From the IMG/VR virus record IMGVR_UViG_3300031334_000002, positions 1-64,000 of that record: DNA of 64,000 bases, one strand, 5' to 3'. Below, piece after piece: positions 1 through 10,667 of this stretch; positions within the stretch are counted from its first letter, which is position 1, and each line of letters begins with the position of its first letter. The notes beneath the pieces were generated by a model. It ran no database searches. It worked only from the letters and a program-made list of their open reading frames with translations, and was not told the DNA's origin. This DNA comes from a virus. A program made the position numbers and the translations under genes.

Positions 1-461
1 TATTGGAGGAATTATGACAAAGGAAAATACTAAATTAGAAAAGATAACAAAATATCTGTTAGAGGAAATAAAAATTCAGAAGATATGAAATACATAGCAG
101 TTTGCGCTCACGTTCTTATTGTTAACTAGAACTATTACAATAAATTAAGGAGATGGCACGATGAAACTTAAACACAAAGGAGGTATATATTCTTTAAATG
201 TAGATGCCGCCCTAAGATTGTCTGAACTGAAACAATTTAACGGAAGGAGTAATACTATAGACCTCCCTAACGTAGAAGGTCTGAACGAAGCTGTCCTTCT
301 TATTAATTACCTATGTAGTATCACATTACAGAAATACCAAAGAGACTCAGAAGATTATTATCTCTTAGAAAAAGGATCTGAAATAGCGAAATTAGCAAAG
401 GGAGGTTTGGACATGTGTGAAATAAAAGACATCCTAAAAGAAGTTTACAACAAGGGTAAAA

Positions 462-890
462 ATGAAAACTAAATTTAAGAAACTATCACCAGATGCAACA
501 ATCCCACAAAAAGCTCATCCCTCAGACGCAGGGTATGACCTAGTTGCCACAAGCTGTGTGTATGATCCTGAGACTGGTTTATATACATATGGAACATCTA
601 TAGCTTGTGCTATTCCAAAGGGTACAGTTGGGTTGCTATGTCCTCGTAGTAGTATTTCTAAAACAACATTGAGACTCTCAAACTCAGTTGGAGTAATTGA
701 TCAAGATTATAGAGGTGAGATTATTTTTAAATTCGACATGAAGTTTCCAAATAGATGTAATGAATATAAAGTAGGAGACAGAATAGGACAACTGGTAGTA
801 GTTCCTCTAGGGGATGCTGGTAGCGAAGAGGTTGAAGATTTAGATGTAACAGTAAGAGGTTCTGGTGGGTTTGGAAGTTCGGGATGTTAA
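462..890 (+). CDS. dut: Trimeric dUTPase
   Basis: Motifs AGYDL, PRSS, GVIDQDYRGEI, GDRIGQL, C-terminal RGSGGFGSSG. Confidence 0.97.
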   Translation: MKTKFKKLSPDATIPQKAHPSDAGYDLVATSCVYDPETGLYTYGTSIACAIPKGTVGLLCPRSSISKTTLRLSNSVGVIDQDYRGEIIFKFDMKFPNRCNEYKVGDRIGQLVVVPLGDAGSEEVEDLDVTVRGSGGFGSSGC

Positions 891-1348
891 CATTTTCAGA
901 AGCTTTTGATAGAATCACGACATTTGAATCAACAGGTGTTCTTTTTGAATGGATACCTGATATGGAAGATCTTGAAGACCAACTAGCAGAAGGCAATTTT
1001 AAAGAAAAACCCCCAAGTCAAATGGGATACAAAGCTGATATTCTAAGTTTAGTTTGTCTTTTTCGTTTTGAAATAAAACCTCAAACATCATACCTACCAA
1101 GAAAGAAAAAGAAAAGACTTGCAATGCATTATAAAAAGAAGTACAATAAACTTAACAAAGAGCTTAGGAGGCGTTATGACTAAACAAGAATTCAGATTAA
1201 AACTAATACTAGAACTCAGCAATGGGGTTGCCATTAAAAATGGCGTAAACGTTGATAAGGTATTTAATGAAGCGGCTTCTGCTGGAATTGTTGCTACAGC
1301 AAATGCAATAACTGATAGAGTATTCGCTGAAACAGTAAAGGAAGACTA

Positions 1349-1567
1349 GTGGAAAACATTATCTATGTCGTCATTGGTCTCGTTTTGGGAGTCCTAGGTC
1401 TTACAAAGTATAAATCCAAAGAACTTCCTAAAGGTCTGTCTGACGATAAAGTAGAAGACCTTTCCGATAAGATTGATGGGTTAGATAAAAAGTCTAACCG
1501 TTTAAATAAAGAAGGAGCTTCTGACCTAAACTCAGAAGAAGTGGAGAATTTTTGGAAGAACAAGTAG
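1349..1567 (+). CDS. Small N-terminally anchored membrane protein with coiled coil
   Basis: N-terminal hydrophobic helix IIYVVIGLVLGVLGL followed by a charged helical tail. Confidence 0.5.
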   Translation: MENIIYVVIGLVLGVLGLTKYKSKELPKGLSDDKVEDLSDKIDGLDKKSNRLNKEGASDLNSEEVENFWKNK

Positions 1568-1680
1568 AACATAATTGTGAAAATTGTGGAAAAGATTCTG
1601 AAGCGTTAAGTATGTACACTGGATACGGATATCATGAAGAAACCCCTTGGCTATGTGAGGTATGCTTTGACGATGAGTAA
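1552..1680 (+). CDS. Small zinc-finger protein (42 aa, not in ORF track)
   Basis: TTG start after GGAG; my translation contains CENC...CEVC. Confidence 0.5.
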   Translation: MEEQVEHNCENCGKDSEALSMYTGYGYHEETPWLCEVCFDDE

Positions 1681-1915
1681 ACTAGATATGAGATTTCTGA
1701 TTAGTGAAAATAAGAGGTTAACTGTTGAAAATGAAATTGAGGGATGAGTTTTTAAGAGAAATGGAAAATGCTAGTACAGATTATCTAGACTGGGAAGAAT
1801 TATACTTTGGTGATAAAGAAAAGTCGGGATTAGAAGAAGCTACTGCTTCCTATGAAGGATTTAAGCATGCAATATTGTTCTTATCTTTAAAAGGGTATTT
1901 AAAAAAGGAAGAGAA

Positions 1916-2263
1916 ATGAAACTACTACTAGCCCTAATATTATCAATTAACCTATCTTTTGCTCAGACAATCAAACCCATTAACCAAGGCGACACAGCTC
2001 CCTTTACTGGTTACATCATTGATAAGAAGTTTGAACAAGCTAGAAGAACAGAGAGAGAACTATTAGACCTTGAGAAGTCTAAAACGGTAGTTCTAAGGGA
2101 GTTGGGTAAGGTTCATGTAGGTAGGACTGAATTTTACAAGGAAGAGGCTAAGAGGGCTAAAAGAGAGGTTCTTAAGGGACAGTTTAAGACTGTTCTATAT
2201 TTTGTTGGTGGTATCGTTTTAGGGGGTGCTGCTGTGTATCTAGGATCAAAGGTGGCTAAATGA
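1916..2263 (+). CDS. Signal-peptide protein with coiled coil and C-terminal TM helix (possible spanin-like lysis accessory)
   Basis: MKLLLALILSINLSFA signal, GDTAPFTG motif, C-terminal VLYFVGGIVLGGAAVYL. Confidence 0.45.
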   Translation: MKLLLALILSINLSFAQTIKPINQGDTAPFTGYIIDKKFEQARRTERELLDLEKSKTVVLRELGKVHVGRTEFYKEEAKRAKREVLKGQFKTVLYFVGGIVLGGAAVYLGSKVAK

Positions 2264-2517
2264 TTAATGTTTTGAGAATTTTATTGGTAATGGTATTTTT
2301 AGTAAGTTGCAGCGAAGATCCAATTAGTGAAACAGGTACTGATAATCCTAATATTAAAATAGATCTTCTATTTAATCATAATGGATGTAGTGTTTATAGG
2401 TTTAGAGATGGTGGATATTCTCGCTATTTTTCTGACTGTAGCGGTTCTATAAGTTCTAGAGTCTACTGTGGAAAAACCTGCACCAGACCAAACACAACAA
2501 TTAATATGGGACAATAA
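2260..2517 (+). CDS. Lipoprotein, DUF4884-like
   Basis: Lipobox LVSC; LLFNHNGCSVYRFRD motif. Confidence 0.6.
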   Translation: MINVLRILLVMVFLVSCSEDPISETGTDNPNIKIDLLFNHNGCSVYRFRDGGYSRYFSDCSGSISSRVYCGKTCTRPNTTINMGQ

Positions 2518-2520
2518 GTC

Positions 2521-3546
2521 ATGAAATTCACAAGATATTCATCAATTGAAAACGCATACAGAACCAAATTTATTCAAAAAATGCAAATGTATATGAGTAA
2601 TGAAGAGTTTGTTGTTCAAGAAAAAATACATGGAGCTAACTTCTCTTTCTATTGTGATGGTGAAACTGTTCTTTGTGGAAAACGATCTTCTATTTTACAA
2701 GGAGAGGAAATAGGTCAATTCTTCAATGCCGATAGTTTACTTAGTCAACATAAAAGTAAAATACTGGAGATATTTAACCACGTTAGATTGATAAAATTCT
2801 TTGATAAAGAAAGCACAGACGTAACCTCAATATCTATACATGGTGAACTTTACGGAGGAACATATCCCCACGATAATGTAGATAAAAATAACTCAGCCAA
2901 GAAAGTTCAGAAAGGTGTATTTTATTCACCAGATAATGAATTTGTTGCTTTTGATATGAAAGTTAACGAAGAGTATGTGAATATCGATCACATGAACGAA
3001 TGGCTTGATAGGTCAGGATTAACTAGATTAGAGATCTTAAAAAGAGGAAAATTAAATGAATGTTTAGATTACCCTAACGACTTTAATAGTCACTTACATA
3101 AATGTTTTCCTGAACTTGATAACAACACTTGTGAAGGAGTGGTTATTAAGACTGTCAATCCTGTTAGATTCCCTAGTGGAGATAGACCTATTGTTAAGAA
3201 TAAAAACGCCAAATGGAGTGAAAAGAAGAAAGGAGAGGGTAAAAGTGTACAAAAAGAACTACCTGAACATGTTAAGAAGCATGTATTGATAGGTCAAGAA
3301 TACATTACGGAGAATAGACTGAGGAACGTACTATCTTACATTGGTCCAATTGTTGAAGTCAAGAAAGCCTTTGGTCAGATCTTGGGAGCTTTTAATAAAG
3401 ATGTTATAAAAGACCTCATGGTAGAAAACGAAGAGTTCTTGGACCTAGAAAAACAAGATAGGAAAATAGTGACTAGTATGTTAAAGGGGTTGTCAGCGGA
3501 GATGATTAGACCCAACTTCGCCAATATACTCGATGGGGAGTTTTAA
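2521..3546 (+). CDS. rnl2: RNA ligase, Rnl2 family
   Basis: N-terminal FTRYSSIEN, motif I QEKIHGANF, GELYGG, FVAFDM, EGVVIK, IVKNKN. Confidence 0.92.
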   Translation: MKFTRYSSIENAYRTKFIQKMQMYMSNEEFVVQEKIHGANFSFYCDGETVLCGKRSSILQGEEIGQFFNADSLLSQHKSKILEIFNHVRLIKFFDKESTDVTSISIHGELYGGTYPHDNVDKNNSAKKVQKGVFYSPDNEFVAFDMKVNEEYVNIDHMNEWLDRSGLTRLEILKRGKLNECLDYPNDFNSHLHKCFPELDNNTCEGVVIKTVNPVRFPSGDRPIVKNKNAKWSEKKKGEGKSVQKELPEHVKKHVLIGQEYITENRLRNVLSYIGPIVEVKKAFGQILGAFNKDVIKDLMVENEEFLDLEKQDRKIVTSMLKGLSAEMIRPNFANILDGEF

Positions 3547-4553
3547 TGTCTACAATGACAGAGAAAATTATATGGTTTCAAAAATACCATCCAGAATTAG
3601 TAAAAGAAATGCAACAATGTACTCATCATGGTGAAGACCTCAATCCTTATCACTTAGAAGGGGATGTTTGGACTCACACTATGATGGTCTGTAAGCAATC
3701 AGAGAATCAATCGGAATTAGTACAATGGGCAACTTTACTACATGACATTGGTAAACCTAAGGTTCATTCTATTAATAAAAAAGGACATTCGTGCTTTTAT
3801 AATCATGATGCAGTTAGTGCTTTTATGGCTTTAGACGTTCTAGAAAATGCTAACTTTTGGAAGTTTAGCAACTTAATTGACCGACATAAGTTAACAATTT
3901 TTAAAGCAATATCAATACATACCCAAGTGTTTAAACAAACACCTGACAAACTTGGGGAAATGTTTGCTAATGATGTTCTTACTGCTGAAACTTTCTATGA
4001 GCTTGGGGTAGCTGATCATTCAGGTAGATTTACTAGTACAGAGGGTTCAGTTAACGAACCGGTATATACTTCTAGAGGATATCCTTCCGATAAAACAAAA
4101 AGACTCACTCTGTTATGCGGATTACCTGCTTCTGGCAAATCAAGTCATGTTAGTATCTCTGATTACGATTTTGTAGTATCTAGAGACGGATTAATAGAAA
4201 GTTCTTCACTAAATGGAACTTACAATGAAAAATGGAAGAACGCTGACCAGAAAGAAATAGATAGGTTACTGCAACTGCAATATGTCTGGGCAAAACAATA
4301 CAATAATGTTGTTATAGATATGACACATATGAACAAGAAGAGTAGAAGAAAATCTCTTTCTCACTTTGGAGATGAATACTATAAATGTTGTATTGTGTAT
4401 ATTTCACCTCTTTCAGTATTAGAGTTGCGTAATATGAATAGAAATGGTAAGGCAGTACCTGATGAGGTTTATGAAAGGATGTTGAAGTCTTTCTATCCTC
4501 CACTAATGGACGAGTTTGACGAGGTAATCTGGAAATATGACAACACTTTTTAA
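3546..4553 (+). CDS. HD-domain phosphoesterase fused to P-loop polynucleotide kinase (RNA end-healing enzyme)
   Basis: HLEGDVWTHT and LLHDIGK (HD); CGLPASGKS Walker A, SRD, VVIDMTH, R..R lid. Confidence 0.88.
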   Translation: MSTMTEKIIWFQKYHPELVKEMQQCTHHGEDLNPYHLEGDVWTHTMMVCKQSENQSELVQWATLLHDIGKPKVHSINKKGHSCFYNHDAVSAFMALDVLENANFWKFSNLIDRHKLTIFKAISIHTQVFKQTPDKLGEMFANDVLTAETFYELGVADHSGRFTSTEGSVNEPVYTSRGYPSDKTKRLTLLCGLPASGKSSHVSISDYDFVVSRDGLIESSSLNGTYNEKWKNADQKEIDRLLQLQYVWAKQYNNVVIDMTHMNKKSRRKSLSHFGDEYYKCCIVYISPLSVLELRNMNRNGKAVPDEVYERMLKSFYPPLMDEFDEVIWKYDNTF

Positions 4554-5616
4554 AGAACTAGATAAAAGAGTAGAAGATGGACATCTAAGAAAGGTAATAT
4601 CCCCATGCAGAAAACTCGTACTTTTTAACTATACTGATGCTTGCACTTACGATAAAGCATGGGACGAGCATACTTTAAACGCAAGAGGTACTGTTTACGA
4701 AATCGAAACAGGTAATATTATTGCTCAAGCTTTTCCAAAATTCTTCAACTACGGAGAGCTAGACTTAGATTTACAAAAAGACTTATTACATAGAAAGGAT
4801 TTCGATGTTTATGAAAAAGCTGATGGCAGTTTAGGTATTATATATCATTTTGATGGTGAGTGGAGGGTCAACACTAGAGGGAGTTTTTCTTCAGACCAAT
4901 CTGTATTTGCATCTAGTATGTTAGGCAATTACGATCTATCGGGATTCCCTAAAGACATAACGCTCCTTGTTGAGATTATATATCCTGAAAATAGAATAAT
5001 AGTAGACTATGGGGACGATAAAAAGTTAATACTTTTAGGAGCTTTTCAAAATGTCATTGATTTAAATTCTGAATTATTCGATATAGGATCTCGAATCAAA
5101 ATGGAAGTCGCTCAAAAGAAGTCTTTCAGCTCTATTGACGAACTAATCAAAGAAAGAGAAGTTATTCCTGCAGGAGAAGAAGGATTTGTTGTTAGGTTTT
5201 CGGATGGAGAAAGAGTTAAATTTAAAGGAATGGAATATCTAAAAGTTGCAAGAATACTCCAAGGTTGTTCTCCCCTAACATTTTGGGAGTCTATGGTCGA
5301 AGGTAATGTTGATAGGACAATACTAGAACAGATACCAGAAGAGTTTAGGGATGAATTTGATAGGATTGCTCAGGTTATTGAACATAAATACAGCGTCCAA
5401 AAACAACAATACACTGCTCTTTACTTTGATATAACAAGAAAACTAGCATTACCTCTAGTTCACGATCAAGTTAACGAAGAACATAGAAAGAAATTAGGTA
5501 TATACTTAAAGGAAAATAACATTAAAGAGTCTGGTGTTATTTTTACATTACTACTTGGACAGTCTATAGATAAGCAAGTGATGAGAGCAATAAGACCTAC
5601 AGCGAACGTTCTATGA
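4537..5616 (+). CDS. rnl1: RNA ligase, T4 Rnl1 family
   Basis: LFNYT, ARG, FPKFFN, motif I YEKADGSLGI, TRGSF, EGFVV, RVKFKG. Confidence 0.92.
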   Translation: MTTLFKELDKRVEDGHLRKVISPCRKLVLFNYTDACTYDKAWDEHTLNARGTVYEIETGNIIAQAFPKFFNYGELDLDLQKDLLHRKDFDVYEKADGSLGIIYHFDGEWRVNTRGSFSSDQSVFASSMLGNYDLSGFPKDITLLVEIIYPENRIIVDYGDDKKLILLGAFQNVIDLNSELFDIGSRIKMEVAQKKSFSSIDELIKEREVIPAGEEGFVVRFSDGERVKFKGMEYLKVARILQGCSPLTFWESMVEGNVDRTILEQIPEEFRDEFDRIAQVIEHKYSVQKQQYTALYFDITRKLALPLVHDQVNEEHRKKLGIYLKENNIKESGVIFTLLLGQSIDKQVMRAIRPTANVL

Positions 5617-6077
5617 CAATTAAACTTTTATTTCCCACCATTTATGTAGAAAAAAAGTCTGAAGCATTGTTAGGTCAAGACCTAATAGAGACTAACATAT
5701 CTTTCCCTACACAACTAAATTTGCAAACTTGGTCCAATTCCGTTATACTAATTATTAGTGTGTTGGGGTTTGGAGTAAGGATATATTGGAGATACAATGA
5801 ACAAACATGAATGCTTAGAATTTGAAAAAAGAGGTGTGCTTCATTTTATAGGAGCTGACTTTAAAAACAACACGATAATTATAAATTCCAAGTTCGAATT
5901 AAGAAAACCTACAGTTATTGATGTACTAAAAGCATACCTAACGTTAACAATACCTGCAGCAATGTTGGCTAGGGTTATCAGAAAAACTAGAAACAGAAAA
6001 GGAACAGTTCTGGAAAATATATGTATGAAATATTATTATGACAACACGGTAAAACTTTTAGCAAAGGAAAGTTAATT

Positions 6078-7268
6078 ATGAAAAGCTATACGCACACGGA
6101 TGAACAATTACAGTTTATAGTAAAAGAAGGCAATAGAGACGACATTTCTTGGAAACAACTTGCTATCAATTTTGAAAAGAAGTTTGGTATAAGTAAAACA
6201 GAAAACGCTGTTAGAAAGCTACACTCTACTTGGAAAGATCACGACTTTTCTTCTGACGAAATGTTAAAAAACATCAAAACAGCGCATAGTACCAAGAAAT
6301 TAAACAGTAAGTTAAGAAAAGAGAACAATACTATACTAGACCATCTTGCGTTAATGGAGAACTTTCTTGACGACATTAATGAAGTAATCGTAAAATCTAA
6401 GGTTAAAAAAGAAAATCTACCCAAGGCAAGGTATAGCAAAAAAAAGAAGAATATGGGAGTAGAACTTTTTATATCTGACGTTCACGTTGGATTAAAAACG
6501 AAAAGTTACAATTTAGAAGTTTGTGAAAAAAGAGTAAAGAAGTATACTGAGGATGCAATTAAAGATATCGGTAGACACGAGAAAGATTATAATATTTCAA
6601 AAATACAAATAAACTTTGCTGGAGATCTAATGCAAGGGGAACATTTACATGGAGCTGATAGTCAACACTCGTGTGAGTTTTCAGATGCAAGGCAAATGGC
6701 AGAATCGATCAGAGTGTTCTTCTATAAAGTAGTATTGCCTGTTGCTAGGTTAGGACATAAAGTAGATATCATTGGTATAGCAGGGAACCACGACAGACAG
6801 TCTAAGGACCGACCTATTACTAATGCTGGAGAAAGATATTTAACCTACACTATCTATAAAGCTATGGAAATGTTATGTATTGAAGCAAGGCTAACCAATG
6901 TCACTTGGGAAATACCTTTAAAAGAGTATACTTCTTTTGATATGTTTGGTCACAATTTCATTGTCGAACACGGTCACGCTAAAGGAATTCAACCAAATAG
7001 TAACGCTTTAGAAAAGCAACTACTAAAAAGAGCAAACCAACTAGGTATCATTGCAAAAGGGATTAGAATAGGACACTTCCACACTTCGGTAGTTTCTAAT
7101 AACGGCAGACATATTGTCGGACCTTCACCAGTATCAGATGACTGCTTTGGTGATCACTTAGGTTACGTCTCTCACCCTGCTATGATGATTAATTACTATG
7201 TTGAAACAAAAGAGAGAAATACTAGTTTTTACCATAGTTTTGATGTTAACTTGGAAAACGTAACATGA
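6078..7268 (+). CDS. Calcineurin-like metallophosphoesterase with N-terminal HTH/coiled coil
   Basis: SDVHVG, GDLMQG, GNHDR, EHGH, GHFH. Confidence 0.85.
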   Translation: MKSYTHTDEQLQFIVKEGNRDDISWKQLAINFEKKFGISKTENAVRKLHSTWKDHDFSSDEMLKNIKTAHSTKKLNSKLRKENNTILDHLALMENFLDDINEVIVKSKVKKENLPKARYSKKKKNMGVELFISDVHVGLKTKSYNLEVCEKRVKKYTEDAIKDIGRHEKDYNISKIQINFAGDLMQGEHLHGADSQHSCEFSDARQMAESIRVFFYKVVLPVARLGHKVDIIGIAGNHDRQSKDRPITNAGERYLTYTIYKAMEMLCIEARLTNVTWEIPLKEYTSFDMFGHNFIVEHGHAKGIQPNSNALEKQLLKRANQLGIIAKGIRIGHFHTSVVSNNGRHIVGPSPVSDDCFGDHLGYVSHPAMMINYYVETKERNTSFYHSFDVNLENVT

Positions 7269-7840
7269 AAGACGCCATTTCTCAACTATTCGACTACGAT
7301 TTATGTTTAGAAACTAGAACAATAACATTTTTTGACGAGGTTAACGAAGAATCAGCTAGTAAGTTCCTAAAAGCTCTACATTTACTAGACAACTATAAGA
7401 CAGGAACAATCACAGTACTTATTACCACCGAGGGTGGAGATGTTGGTGCTGGGTTAAAGATGTTAGACGCTATCAGGCTTCTAAAAAACCCCTCTAGAGC
7501 CATTTGTTACGCAGGGGTTGAGTCTATGGGTACTGTAATCCTACAAGCGTTCACAGAACGTTGTATGACCGCTAATAGTTATTTAATGATTCACGGCGGG
7601 GAGTCGGGAGCAATAGGTAAAAGCAAAGACCGAGCTGAGTGGAACAGACTGTTAGACTATCAAGAAGACATCTGCGTAAAAGAGTATTTAGACAAGATAA
7701 ACAACAGACAGAAAGATAAGAAAAAGAGAAAGTACACAAAAGAAGGCTTGACTAAAATTTTAGATTTTGATAAGATTTTGTTACCAAAAGAGGCAGTTCA
7801 ATTGGGACTTGCTGATATGATGATGGAAGGTGATTATTGA
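7265..7840 (+). CDS. ClpP-like protease
   Basis: EGGDV, ESMG (catalytic Ser), MIH (catalytic His), EAVQLGLAD. Confidence 0.85.
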   Translation: MKDAISQLFDYDLCLETRTITFFDEVNEESASKFLKALHLLDNYKTGTITVLITTEGGDVGAGLKMLDAIRLLKNPSRAICYAGVESMGTVILQAFTERCMTANSYLMIHGGESGAIGKSKDRAEWNRLLDYQEDICVKEYLDKINNRQKDKKKRKYTKEGLTKILDFDKILLPKEAVQLGLADMMMEGDY

Positions 7841-8415
7841 TGGGTATTAAAGTTGGTGATAAATTTAAAGTAAATAATAAATACAATGACGAATTGTTTA
7901 ATGTTGGGGACATTATTACTATAGTAGACCATAAACTTAATGATTATGATGTTCGAGCTTCAGGGTCCACTCTTAAACCAGACAACTATTGGTATATTCC
8001 AAAAAAATACCTAACTCCATTAAAAGATGAACCTAAACTTAGGGTTGGAGATGCCATTGAAAAAACCCCCCCAACAACAGAAGGAGGGGCTTTACGTTAC
8101 AACGAAGGTAAACCTCAGTTTTCTCATTTATCTCCAGACTTCATACTAGAGATGATGAAAAGCATGACCGCTGCTAACGAAAAATATGGTTATTTGAATT
8201 ACGCAAAGAAAATGGACGTTCGTACAGCATCAGATAGTCTCATGAGACATTTCCTAAAGTTTCAGCAAGGGGATAACATAGACGAAGAACTAGGAACTCA
8301 CCACTTAGCTTTGGTGGCAGTTAATGCTATGATAATGTATCAGAATCTTATGGATTTTGGTGACGAAGTGGATAATAGGTATTCAAAAGCAAAAGATGAG
8401 GTCCAGAATGTTTGA
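7837..8415 (+). CDS. DUF5664 dATP/dGTP diphosphohydrolase-like protein with N-terminal SH3/KOW-like domain
   Basis: RYNEGKP, KYG..NY.K, SLMRH, D.ELG.HHLA..AVNA. Confidence 0.8.
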   Translation: MMGIKVGDKFKVNNKYNDELFNVGDIITIVDHKLNDYDVRASGSTLKPDNYWYIPKKYLTPLKDEPKLRVGDAIEKTPPTTEGGALRYNEGKPQFSHLSPDFILEMMKSMTAANEKYGYLNYAKKMDVRTASDSLMRHFLKFQQGDNIDEELGTHHLALVAVNAMIMYQNLMDFGDEVDNRYSKAKDEVQNV

Positions 8416-10262
8416 ATTAGCTTTAAAAATAACAATGGGGACATTTGCTCTATTCTTCTTTCTTATGTTTTTAGTTAGTTCTATTGGTATTTTTTCTGTA
8501 ACCTTTGAAATGATAAGCGGTATAGACTTAATAACTGCTTTTATTAGACCTTTTTTCCAAAGTTTAATTTGACTATTTTTTAATAACATGGTATTTTTAT
8601 TTAAAGGAGAACTCAATGTTTAGCAAAATTAAAAGAATGTCCAACTGGAGATTAAAAATAAAGTTTATGAAAGAAGCTCACGGTTTTAATTATTTTAATA
8701 TACTTACTCTTTTTTTAGAAGAAAGACCATTGGATGATAACCCAGAGAATTTAATTAATTCTGGATTTTTTTTACTATTTTCTCTTACTAAAGACATTGG
8801 ACCAGAAGGTAAGATCGACGGTAATTGGAACATTAGAGTACATAATAAATACTACCTAAACGGTCCGAAAGGACTCTGGAACCCAGCAACTAAACCTTAA
8901 ATACTTACTTAACAAAAAGGAATAAGAATGATCAATAAATTAAAACAAACTATCGAAGCTAAATATAAATACTGGATTGCAGATTTTGTATCCTTGTTTA
9001 TATTTTTAGTACTAGCTTCTATTGTGTCTACTTTTTTAGACTCAGCTTACTTGGGCGTAGTATTCTTTGGATCGGGACTTCTGCATGGAAAACTTTCTAA
9101 ACCATTAGAGGAAAAGTTAGTTGAAAAAATTAAATAATCACATTGGCGAATGGACGAACGAATATACTGATCTCGTTCTTATTGTTAAAAAAGTACATCA
9201 CAGATACGAAGACGGTACAGTAAAAATTAGATACCGTCTTCTCAATAAGAAAAATGGCATAGAATATGAGAATCGTAACGGTAAACTTCCCAGTACTTTT
9301 TTTAAAATAAACAAAAGAATAGCGAACACATAAGCGAGTGTAAATGAATAAAAAGGCTCAAAAGATGACTTATCCTAAAGAAGATAATGCTAAACTTAAA
9401 GACGCAAATAGAGAATTGAGAGCTAAAGTAAAAAGACAAAAGAATGAAATCGTACAATTACAGAGACGACTAGACCAGTATGAAGATGCTTTTGCTAGAA
9501 ATTACGACCATATTACAGGAATGATGGAAGGGATGACAGTAGAAGACGCAATAAGGATAACCAAAAAACAATCAAATAAATCTAAACCCGAGACTAAAGA
9601 AATAGTAAAAGAAAAGTTTAAAGAAATGTACAGTAGGAATAAAAATGAAGAGAAGTGAAATGTTAGATATTATAGAGGTTAATATCTTGGAAACCGAGGG
9701 TCAACTTAACGCTTATCAATTAGCCGAAAGGTTATTGACTAGGATACAACAGTTAGGAATGTTACCACCTCTTTCAAAAACTAACGATGATGTCCTAAAT
9801 GAGCTTATAATGAGTTCAGAACCTGTTAATGGTAGAATATACGATTCTGATAATGTTATGTCATATTTTACATGGGAGCCAGAAGATGATTAAACAAGGA
9901 TATTATGGGTTGGTTAGAGCTGACCTTGATAGAAAAGAATACCCCCATGGAGCTGTTCTTTTAATTATGTCACACAATACTCACGAAAAACAGTACCAAG
10001 TCACTGATGTACTAGATAGTATTGCAACTAATATAAATCCATACATTTTAGAGAACGAAGAAACAGGCTTTAAGATCACAAAAGAACAATTTGACACAGG
10101 AGAGTTTCTTCCTTACAATATGGTAGAGCCTTTTACCTTTGAACCTGAGTTGACTGTAGTAAAGTTCTTACGTTCTACTGTGGGCATTATATCGTTAAAT
10201 GTCTTAGTTTTTTGTGCTGGCGCACTTCTTGCTCTGGAGTTTGTAAAATAGACCCTATAAAA

Positions 10263-10667
10263 ATGAAACCCAAAATTATATCCGCTCTCAGAAAATTAAC
10301 TTATGGGTGGGAGCCGAGAAAGGAAATGTCAGCAGCCGCTAAAAGAGCCCCTGCAACATGGGAATGTTGTGCCTGTAATTATTGGTGTTATGATGGAACT
10401 TCTGAAGTCAATTTCAGGAAACTTAAGGATGAGTTTCCTTCACAAAATATTAAAATGGAAAAATGTAAGGATGACCATATAAACCCAGTGATAGACGTTA
10501 AAGATGGGTTCGTAGATTGGAACACTCTTGTCGAAAGGATGTTTTGTCCTTATGATAATTGGCAAAAAGTTTGTAAAACCTGCCATGATATGAAAACAAA
10601 AGAAGAACGAGAACAAAGAAAACAATGGCGAAAGAAAAGAAAGGTTGAAGAAAATGCAAAGACTTAA
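10263..10667 (+). CDS. HNH-type endonuclease-like protein
   Basis: CACN/CxxC, DHINPV, NWQKVCKTCHDMKT; start placed at the internal ATG. Confidence 0.75.
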   Translation: MKPKIISALRKLTYGWEPRKEMSAAAKRAPATWECCACNYWCYDGTSEVNFRKLKDEFPSQNIKMEKCKDDHINPVIDVKDGFVDWNTLVERMFCPYDNWQKVCKTCHDMKTKEEREQRKQWRKKRKVEENAKT

